A stretch of 63,707 nucleotides of DNA, taken from Gammaproteobacteria bacterium (GTDB lineage: Bacteria > Pseudomonadota > Gammaproteobacteria > Steroidobacterales > UBA11654). The notes under the pieces are model-generated. The model did not search any database, was not told the origin of the DNA, and saw nothing but the letters and a program-made list of their open reading frames with translations. Below, piece after piece: positions 37,677 to 45,274 of the stretch. The translations under genes were made by a program, and so were the position numbers. The first letter of the stretch is position 1. Every line of letters starts with the position of its first letter. The stretch covers positions 1 through 63,707 of the forward strand of contig JAPYQN010000001.1 in the NCBI GenBank assembly GCA_029941465.1. The letters run 5' to 3'.

Positions 37677-37711
37677 TTTCCACACACAAGTAATCAGTGT
37701 AATCTATAGAC
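37677..37711 (+). promoter_or_regulatory. Conserved leader copy C (TTTCCA-N17-TAATCT-N6-ATG) upstream of the sulfatase gene
   Basis: The geometry is the same as in copy A, with an identical GTGTAATCTATA block and an identical ATGAAAAAACT start. There is no SD-like sequence. Confidence 0.5.
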
Positions 37712-39133
37712 ATGAAAAAACTGATATTGATCTCTAGGAACTCCATATTTCTGATAATGATTTTCTTGTTGATTACTCCAATTCATGCTGCGGATCAGAG
37801 TGATCAAAAACCTAATATCGTCTTAGTTCTAATGGATAATTTTGGTTACGGTGAAATTGGTGTTTATGGGGGAGGGGTTCTGCGTGGTGCTCCAACACCC
37901 AATATCGATAGTATTGCAGCTGAAGGTTTTCAACTGACAAACTATAATGTTGAAGCAGAGTGCACTCCTTCTCGTTCAGCTTTAATGACAGGCCGTTATG
38001 GTATTCGCACTCGACAAAAGCCAGAAGGGCCTCCTAGAGGTGTATGGTATGGGATAACCAAGTGGGAGATTACATTGGCAGAAATGTTATCGGACAATGG
38101 TTATACGACTGGTATCTTTGGAAAATGGCACCTAGGAGACACCAAGGGACGTTATCCAACAGATCAAGGTTTTGATGAATGGAACGGAATTCCAAGGTCC
38201 TCAGATCGAGCTTTTTGGCCAGACAGTAATAGTTTCACACCGGGTAGCCACCCTGAAGCAGTGTTTACACATGTCATGTCTTCATTTAAAGGACAAGAAC
38301 CCATAGAACTAGAAGTTTATGATCGTGCTAAACGGGCAACAATTGATCGTGAAATAACAGATCAAGCTATTGATTTCATTAAACGTAAGGCCTCTTTAGA
38401 ACAACCATTTTTTGCCTATCTACCTTACACACAGACTCATGAGCCTGTTGACCCACATCCTGATTTTAATGGCTCAACTGGAAACGGAAGTTTTGCCGAT
38501 GTTTTGGCACAGACAGATGCCTATGTTGGAGAATTACTGGATACGATTGATGAACTAGGATTAAAAGACAACACTATATTTATATTTACTTCAGATAATG
38601 GTCGTGAAGGTGTGCCAAGATCCTTTGGATTTACTGGGCCGTGGCGAAGCGGTATGTTTTCTCCCTACGAAGGATCTCTACGTGTTCCTTTTCTAATACG
38701 ATGGCCGGGGAAAATTCCTACAAAGCATGTGTCAAATGAAATAGTCCACCAGATAGATATCTTTCCAACCCTTGCTAATTTTATAGGCGTTGATATCCCA
38801 ACAGATAGAATAATAGATGGTGTTGACCAATCTCAGTTCCTGATGGGTAAAACTAAGAAATCTGCTAGAGACTCCCTTGTTATTTATATTGGCAATGAGT
38901 TATTTGGAGTTAAATGGCAGAATTGGAAGTTACTGATTAAAGAAATGGATGAAGACGGCTATGGCATTAAAAACATGGCTTACCCATCTGTTTACAATTT
39001 ACTTGTGGATCCTAAAGAAGAAGTACCAGAACTCAATTACCTCAATGATACATGGGTTGATTTTCCCTTGTATCAGGTCTTAGAAGACCATGAAGAATCG
39101 ATTGAAAATGACCCTGGGTCACCCGGACCCTAG
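37712..39133 (+). CDS. Exported arylsulfatase-family sulfatase (Cys-type formylglycine motif)
   Basis: 473 aa with a signal peptide and the sulfatase signature CTPSRSALMTGR. Further motifs are NIVLVLMDNFGYG, GKWHLG and FTSDNG. Confidence 0.85.
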   Translation: MKKLILISRNSIFLIMIFLLITPIHAADQSDQKPNIVLVLMDNFGYGEIGVYGGGVLRGAPTPNIDSIAAEGFQLTNYNVEAECTPSRSALMTGRYGIRTRQKPEGPPRGVWYGITKWEITLAEMLSDNGYTTGIFGKWHLGDTKGRYPTDQGFDEWNGIPRSSDRAFWPDSNSFTPGSHPEAVFTHVMSSFKGQEPIELEVYDRAKRATIDREITDQAIDFIKRKASLEQPFFAYLPYTQTHEPVDPHPDFNGSTGNGSFADVLAQTDAYVGELLDTIDELGLKDNTIFIFTSDNGREGVPRSFGFTGPWRSGMFSPYEGSLRVPFLIRWPGKIPTKHVSNEIVHQIDIFPTLANFIGVDIPTDRIIDGVDQSQFLMGKTKKSARDSLVIYIGNELFGVKWQNWKLLIKEMDEDGYGIKNMAYPSVYNLLVDPKEEVPELNYLNDTWVDFPLYQVLEDHEESIENDPGSPGP

Positions 39134-39177
39134 TATCAATAATTTATTTTCTAAATAAAAAGAATCCTAATAGAGTG

Positions 39178-39672
39178 ATGAACACTACATTAGATGTTTT
39201 CACTGATGGCCAATATGACGTAAATAGATTAGAAGAAATTTATGCAATTAATCAACAGAATATTCCGGCAATTGGAGCATTAGGGTCGGTTGATAAACTA
39301 CAAGAACTATTGTCAATCAGTAGTTATCATTCAGTTTTATTGTTGGATAAAAATGTAATTGGTTTTACTATCTGTTTTCGAGAAAAAACCTCATATTGGT
39401 CGGAAAATTATAAATATTTCATGAAATCTCTGAAAAAGTTCTTATACATTGATCGAATCGTAATAGATCAAAACTATAGAAGGGAAGGTTTTGGTAAAAA
39501 ACTATATGAAGATATTTTTTTAAACGCTCAACAAGAAGTGCTATCAATCACTGCTGAAGTCAATACCAAGCCTATCAACCAAGCCTCATTGAGTTTTCAT
39601 ACTCATATGGGTTTTAAGCAGATTGGGAAAAGAGACTTTGATGATCATAATGTGGCTTATTTCATCAAATAG
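39178..39672 (+). CDS. GNAT-family N-acetyltransferase
   Basis: About 164 aa. The start is the ATG at 39178 or the GTG at 39175. It has the acetyl-CoA-binding motif IDQNYRREGFGKKLYE. Confidence 0.7.
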   Translation: MNTTLDVFTDGQYDVNRLEEIYAINQQNIPAIGALGSVDKLQELLSISSYHSVLLLDKNVIGFTICFREKTSYWSENYKYFMKSLKKFLYIDRIVIDQNYRREGFGKKLYEDIFLNAQQEVLSITAEVNTKPINQASLSFHTHMGFKQIGKRDFDDHNVAYFIK

Positions 39673-39681
39673 TTATCTTAT

Positions 39682-41100
39682 TTAATTTCTATAATTTAAG
39701 GGTGGATCTCTATCGCCTAATAATGGTACATAATTAAAATCTTCACCAACATTAACTAATAGTTCTGCTTTTGCTTTTTCTGCGATGGAGGGATTTAGGT
39801 AAATTTCAATTGCTGTTTCTGACAAGACTTGAACAGCTAGTTTTGTTCCCTTTAGACCGATTGTAGTGCCACCAGATGCAACTGCTTGCCAAGAGTGAGC
39901 AGGAGTACCAGGAACCCATGCTGCTATTCTTGCGCCACCAGTTGGAACTAGCCAACTTATATCACCCACGTCTGTTGAGCCATAACCATGTGTAGTCTCA
40001 TAGGGTAGAATATTTTTTTGATCTCCTATTTCAGCACTTGGATTTAAAAATGTTTTAAAGATTTCATTTGCAAATTCAACTTCTGATGAAGAATAGGTAA
40101 TGCCGCCTCGATCTGATAATTTTTCATGCATGATTCTTTGTAACGTATCATTGGGCATTAACGGGTAGTTACCATGCATTACTTCATAGCTGACCTCAGT
40201 TCCAGTACCCATTGCTGCTCCTTTTGCAGCTTTAACCACTCGTTCAAAGAGATTCTCTACCATCTTTCTTTTTGGGTGTCTGACATAATAATAAACTTGC
40301 GCATCATCAGGAATAACATTAGGAGCAAGCCCTCCTTTAGTGATTACGTAATGAATTCTTGAATCCTGGGGTATATGTTCTCTCATAAGATTGACCATCA
40401 TATTCATAGACTCCACTCCATCCAGTGCTGAACGACCTTGTTCTGGAGCACTAGCCGCATGTGCCGAGATACCTTTAAAACTAAACTTTGCAGATTTGTT
40501 TGAATTTGAGGTTCTAGGTCTTGCATGACTAACACTACCAGGATGCCAATGAAGTGCCACATCAACATCATTAAATAATCCAGCCCTAACCATATAGACT
40601 TTTCCTGATCCTCCTTCTTCAGCAGGAGTGCCATAAAACCTTATCGTTCCTTTAATGTTATTAGCTATAAGCCAATCTTTAATAACCACTGATGACCAGG
40701 CTGAGCCTGAACCAAAGAGATGATGACCACATGCATGACCTGCTTGATTATCCTTATATGATTCTTTAAACGGTGAAGCACTTTGAGCAACACCTGGAAG
40801 GGCATCAAACTCCCCAAGAATTGCAATAACTGGCTTGCCAGACCCGTATTCAGCTATAAATGCAGTTGGTATATTAGCTACATTATTTTGAATATTAAAG
40901 CCATGGTTTTTAAGGCTGTCTTGTAGAAGTTTCGAGCTTTTGTATTCTTGATATCCAACCTCGGCCAGATCCCAGATTTGCATTGCAATATTCTCAAATT
41001 CAGACTGGTGTTTATTGATAGTAGGATCTAAATCAGAATGATTAGATGTCCAACCATTTGAGCAGAAAACTAGTATAGATATTAGGGTAAGTTTTTTCAT
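39682..41100 (-). CDS. Exported M20D-family amidohydrolase (AbgB / aminobenzoyl-glutamate utilization protein B-like)
   Basis: 472 aa with a signal peptide and the motifs AGHACGHHLFG and GTPAEEGGSGK. Confidence 0.7.
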   Translation of the reverse strand: MKKLTLISILVFCSNGWTSNHSDLDPTINKHQSEFENIAMQIWDLAEVGYQEYKSSKLLQDSLKNHGFNIQNNVANIPTAFIAEYGSGKPVIAILGEFDALPGVAQSASPFKESYKDNQAGHACGHHLFGSGSAWSSVVIKDWLIANNIKGTIRFYGTPAEEGGSGKVYMVRAGLFNDVDVALHWHPGSVSHARPRTSNSNKSAKFSFKGISAHAASAPEQGRSALDGVESMNMMVNLMREHIPQDSRIHYVITKGGLAPNVIPDDAQVYYYVRHPKRKMVENLFERVVKAAKGAAMGTGTEVSYEVMHGNYPLMPNDTLQRIMHEKLSDRGGITYSSSEVEFANEIFKTFLNPSAEIGDQKNILPYETTHGYGSTDVGDISWLVPTGGARIAAWVPGTPAHSWQAVASGGTTIGLKGTKLAVQVLSETAIEIYLNPSIAEKAKAELLVNVGEDFNYVPLLGDRDPPLNYRN

Positions 41101-41196
41101 ACATAAAGAGTAACAAATCTAATTGAGATAACAATTGTTGATGCTATAACGATGGCAAATATTGGGTTCGTTTTATTTATTTCTAAATATAAGAAA

Positions 41197-42102
41197 TTAG
41201 TCAAGTGACTTTAGAGGTTTTTTGTCTCTAAACAAGAGCATTAAAGGCATGAATAAAATCCAAGTTTTATGATAATGCTTTGGAAATAAGCGCTGCGAAA
41301 GATCTAAAAGTTTAGCGTCAAGCCCTACAAGAATCCTACTTTTATTTTTTCTCACACCATTTAGAATGATGTTTGCTGCTTTGCTTGGGTGCATACCTCC
41401 GTCTTTAAATTGAATTCCTATTTCCTCCAAACTAGTAGGATTATTTCTAGTAAAATTTAAATTATTTCTTTCTTCTATCACCGTATTAATTGTTTCTTCG
41501 CTCATTTTGGCACTGCTCGCTATGTTAGTTCCAATATGACCTGGGTGTACACAATGTATCTGAAGGTTTGGATTGGTGACTGCCATTTCCAAGGCAAGGC
41601 CTTCAGTGAAACCTCTTACAGCAAATTTAGTTGCGTGGTACACGGTATGACCTGGCGCAGCAACCATTCCAAAGATTGAAGAGGTATTAATTATAGCAGC
41701 TTCAGGCCGGTCAATCATATGGGGTATAAATGCTCTAGTGCTATTAACTACTCCGTGAAGATTAACTCCCATAACCCAGTCCCAATATTCTTCATCCAAG
41801 TCTTTAAAATGTCCTCCGGTTGCGACACCAGCATTGTTAAAGACCAAATCAATCTTGCCATAGTGTTCTATAACTTTTCCAGGAAGTGCTTCGATGTCTC
41901 CTTTGTTTGCAACATCCAATACATGAGATGAAACTGATACATTGTATTGACTTAACATCTCAATAGTTTCATTAAGAGTGTCTTCATTAACATCACAAAC
42001 AACAATATTCGCACCATCTTTTGCTAAAAGGATTGATAAATAACGTCCTATTCCTGATCCGGCCCCGGTTATTACAGCAACTTTGTCTTTAAAACTTTTC
42101 AT
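41197..42102 (-). CDS. Short-chain dehydrogenase/reductase (SDR) with a C-terminal hydrophobic extension
   Basis: 301 aa with TGAGSGIGR, NNAG and YHATKFAVRG. Confidence 0.85.
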   Translation of the reverse strand: MKSFKDKVAVITGAGSGIGRYLSILLAKDGANIVVCDVNEDTLNETIEMLSQYNVSVSSHVLDVANKGDIEALPGKVIEHYGKIDLVFNNAGVATGGHFKDLDEEYWDWVMGVNLHGVVNSTRAFIPHMIDRPEAAIINTSSIFGMVAAPGHTVYHATKFAVRGFTEGLALEMAVTNPNLQIHCVHPGHIGTNIASSAKMSEETINTVIEERNNLNFTRNNPTSLEEIGIQFKDGGMHPSKAANIILNGVRKNKSRILVGLDAKLLDLSQRLFPKHYHKTWILFMPLMLLFRDKKPLKSLD

Positions 42103-42114
42103 AATTATTCTCTA

Positions 42115-42789
42115 TTAATTAGTCTCCATATGCTTATTTAAAAAGTTAAGGGTTCTTTCAAAAGCTAGATTAGCAGATAGTTTATGATAATCATTTCTCA
42201 TTTCACAATTAAAACCGTGTCCTGCTTCCTTATAAGAGTGGATAATCGCTTCTGGGTAATGCTGTCTGATTAATTCCACACTAGTCATAGGTATTGCGAA
42301 ATCTTGCTCTCCAAAATGATACATGATTGGGCATTGGGGTGTTTTTTCGAGATATTTTTCTGCAATAAAACCTCCGTAATAACTAACAGCACAGATTGAT
42401 TCTAATTCAGAGGCTGCAATATGAGAAAGCATACCACCAAAACAATATCCAATAATTGCAGTCGGGCCATCATTAAATAAAATAGCAGCGTTAATATCTT
42501 TCATTGCGTCATTAATTGCGAGTTTCTCTTTATAGGATTTACCTTCTTCAATCTGCTTATAATCTAAGATAATATTTTTTTCGAAACGATCATAGAGTGC
42601 TGGAGCAATTGCACTATAGCCTTCATTTGCATATTGTCTGCAAACATCTTCAATGTGTTTAGTGATGCCAAATATTTCCTGAATGATTACCACGTTACCT
42701 TTTTTATTTCTTTCGGGATGAACAACATAAGCATCTAATTTATGACTGTCTTCCGAGGTAAGTTCAATGCTTTGATCTGATATTTGCAT
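42115..42789 (-). CDS. Dienelactone hydrolase family protein (carboxymethylenebutenolidase-like)
   Basis: 224 aa alpha/beta hydrolase with a GYCFGG nucleophile-elbow Cys and a C-terminal GHGF block. Confidence 0.75.
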   Translation of the reverse strand: MQISDQSIELTSEDSHKLDAYVVHPERNKKGNVVIIQEIFGITKHIEDVCRQYANEGYSAIAPALYDRFEKNIILDYKQIEEGKSYKEKLAINDAMKDINAAILFNDGPTAIIGYCFGGMLSHIAASELESICAVSYYGGFIAEKYLEKTPQCPIMYHFGEQDFAIPMTSVELIRQHYPEAIIHSYKEAGHGFNCEMRNDYHKLSANLAFERTLNFLNKHMETN

Positions 42790-42843
42790 AATGTGTCTCT
42801 TTCATGGTTTATGAATGAAGATTCTATTAGAATGTTTATTATT

Positions 42844-43650
42844 ATGGAAGTAAACGGTAAAAGAATTGTTGTTACAGGTGCTGCATCTGGCATAGGCAAG
42901 TCCATGTCAAAAATTTTTATAGAGGCTGGTGCGAAGTCTGTTGTTATGGCTGACATTAACGAAGATGCACTACAACATTCAGCAACAGAAATTAATTCAC
43001 CCTATATTTTGACTGATGTTTCTAAAGAAAAGGAAATAATAAATCTTATTGATCAATCAAATGCTCTCATGGGTGGTATTGATATTTTTTGCTCTAACGC
43101 TGGGATCGGTGGAGAATCAGGGCTTCTTAATACATCTGAAGCAGATTGGCAGAACATATGGGATATTAACGTTATGTCTCATATTTTTGCAGCAAAACAT
43201 GTTATTCCACAAATGTTAGAACAAAAGGGAGGCTACCTTGTCAACACCGCTTCAGCTGCAGGACTTCTCACCCAAATAGGTGCTGCAGGTTATTCTGTAA
43301 CTAAAGCAGCAGCAGTTAGTTTTGCTGAATGGCTAAAAATAACTTATGGAGAAAAAGATATTGGTGTTTCATGTTTATGCCCTCAAGGTGTTAGAACAAA
43401 AATGGTAGAAGACGCCCATGATATTGTGGGATCACTGGTTGGTATGGACGGTATAATGGAGCCAGACGATGTTGCTCGAGAAGTTGTAAGTGCAATTGAA
43501 AAAGACCAATTTCTTATTGCCCCTCACCCCCAGGTACTTGATTATATAAAAATGAAAACTGCAGATTATGAACGTTGGATCACCGGTATGCAGACTCTTC
43601 AGAAACAATTACTAGATAATTTTCCTGAAGCTGAGAATATGTTTAAGTAA
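42844..43650 (+). CDS. Short-chain dehydrogenase/reductase (SDR)
   Basis: The ATG at 42844 (MEVNGKRIVVTGAASGIGK) is preferred over the track start at 42784, which would overlap the divergent hydrolase gene. Motifs NAGI and YSVTKAA are present. Confidence 0.85.
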   Translation: MEVNGKRIVVTGAASGIGKSMSKIFIEAGAKSVVMADINEDALQHSATEINSPYILTDVSKEKEIINLIDQSNALMGGIDIFCSNAGIGGESGLLNTSEADWQNIWDINVMSHIFAAKHVIPQMLEQKGGYLVNTASAAGLLTQIGAAGYSVTKAAAVSFAEWLKITYGEKDIGVSCLCPQGVRTKMVEDAHDIVGSLVGMDGIMEPDDVAREVVSAIEKDQFLIAPHPQVLDYIKMKTADYERWITGMQTLQKQLLDNFPEAENMFK

Positions 43651-44785
43651 TAACTTTGTTGTTTAAGCTATTCAGCACCTCAGGAATTGCATCAACGTAT
43701 CTTTGAACATCTTCAATATTACCCATACTCACTCTTGACCAATTATTAAAGTTTCCATATTTTCCTCTAATGAGTACTTTACGTTTCAGCATTTCATCTC
43801 TAAAGTCATCGGCATCAATATTACCAAGATTAACAAACACAAAATTAGTTTGAGAGGGTAGAGCAGTTAAACCGTTTAACTGAACTGCCTCATTGACCAT
43901 TTCCCTTGCTTCAATAATTTTAGATTTTGAATACTTAAGGAACTCATCATCATTATAAGATGCTAACGCACCAGCTGCACCTGCTAGTGAAACTGCAAAC
44001 TCACTACCACCGTTTTTCTTAATAGATTCAATAACATCAGGTTGGGCAATGATATACCCAACTCGTTCGCCAGCTAGTCCATATATTTTAGAAAATGTTC
44101 GGGAAATAGCGACATTATGCCCTTCTTTAACAAGACTTATCATTGAATTAACTTCAGGCTCATCTGTGATTTCATTGTATGCCTCATCAACTATCACCAA
44201 TGCTTTTTTACTCATCTTGATTACTGATGTTCTGAGTTCGCCTGCATTGATCAAAAGTCCAGTTGGATTATTTGGGTTAACTATTGAGACCGAAGAGATA
44301 TTTTTATTGGCTATAGTTTCAATGTCTGCAAGATTGATTTCTAGATTATCTCCGTTATCAACACGAACAATAACACCACCAATATTTTGAGCATAACTAA
44401 GATGAAGATCCCAACCGAGTTGTGTTGTAGCAATTGGGTTTTCCCTAGACTTAACTTGAGCCAGGTAACTTAACGCTTGGGTAGACCCAGCACTCACAGT
44501 AATATTTTCTATTCCTAAACCATGTTGTTCAGCAATCATAGCAATAAGCTTTTTTATTAAGAGGTCAGGATAATAGGCACTCTTCAGTGCTGATTCTTGC
44601 ATGGCTTTTATTGCAGCTGGGCTGGGGCCATAAAAATTTTCATTCCAGTGTAATTGTGCAATCTCTGTATGAGGGCCGTAAATTATTTCTTGAGCTATCC
44701 CAGAAAGAGGCAATAAGTTAGCTGCAACACTGGCTGTAGCTAAATGCATTGATTTAGACAGAAATATTCTTCTAGATAACGACAA
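43643..44785 (-). CDS. Class I/II PLP-dependent aminotransferase (HisC-like) carrying a twin-arginine signal peptide
   Basis: 380 aa. The N-terminus MSLSRRIFLSKSMHLATASVAANLLPLSGIAQE fits the Tat consensus S-R-R-x-F-L-K followed by an h-region. The PLP-lysine block is SRTFSKIYGLAGERVGY. Confidence 0.8.
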   Translation of the reverse strand: MSLSRRIFLSKSMHLATASVAANLLPLSGIAQEIIYGPHTEIAQLHWNENFYGPSPAAIKAMQESALKSAYYPDLLIKKLIAMIAEQHGLGIENITVSAGSTQALSYLAQVKSRENPIATTQLGWDLHLSYAQNIGGVIVRVDNGDNLEINLADIETIANKNISSVSIVNPNNPTGLLINAGELRTSVIKMSKKALVIVDEAYNEITDEPEVNSMISLVKEGHNVAISRTFSKIYGLAGERVGYIIAQPDVIESIKKNGGSEFAVSLAGAAGALASYNDDEFLKYSKSKIIEAREMVNEAVQLNGLTALPSQTNFVFVNLGNIDADDFRDEMLKRKVLIRGKYGNFNNWSRVSMGNIEDVQRYVDAIPEVLNSLNNKVIT

Positions 44786-44992
44786 TTCTACTTCCTTTAA
44801 TAAATTTAGATAACTTTAACATTTAATCATTTTTAAAGTAGCAAAAAAGTAGCAAGCAGTGAGTAAAGAATAAATAGAGGCAACAAATTAACCCAATATC
44901 TATTGGACATCGAACTATCCTGAATATTTATATATAATTATAAACAATTATTTAATAAGGAATCATTATGAAAGTTAGGGTACTTTTATTTT

Positions 44993-45274
44993 ATGAAGAA
45001 AATGAATCCTACTAGCTTTCAAATTGATGTTTGGAATCAAATAAAAAAAATACCAAAAGGAGAAACTAGATCTTATAAAGAGATAGCTATTGCTATAGGA
45101 AATCCTAAAGCGTTTAGAGCTGTTGCTAATGCTTGTGGTAAAAATCCAAACCCAATAATAGTTCCATGCCATAGAGTTATAGCTTCAGATGGCTCAATTG
45201 GTGGATACACTGGTTTAGGTGGCAGGACAACTAAAAGAAGATTACTAGCTAATGAAGGAGTGATCATTGAATAA
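44993..45274 (+). CDS. Single-domain MGMT-family protein (methylated-DNA--protein-cysteine methyltransferase C-domain only)
   Basis: 93 aa with the active-site motif PCHRVI and an HTH region (SYKEIAIAIGNPKAFRAVANACGKNP). Confidence 0.8.
   Translation: MKKMNPTSFQIDVWNQIKKIPKGETRSYKEIAIAIGNPKAFRAVANACGKNPNPIIVPCHRVIASDGSIGGYTGLGGRTTKRRLLANEGVIIE

Noticed and set aside
39134-39174. A possible att-like direct repeat of the tRNA-Ser 3' end at the far boundary of the GC-rich block (AGAATCCTAA versus CGAATCCCTC).
   Set aside because: Only about 6-7 contiguous matching nucleotides are present, which is well within chance expectation. There is no integrase gene to support a site-specific insertion.
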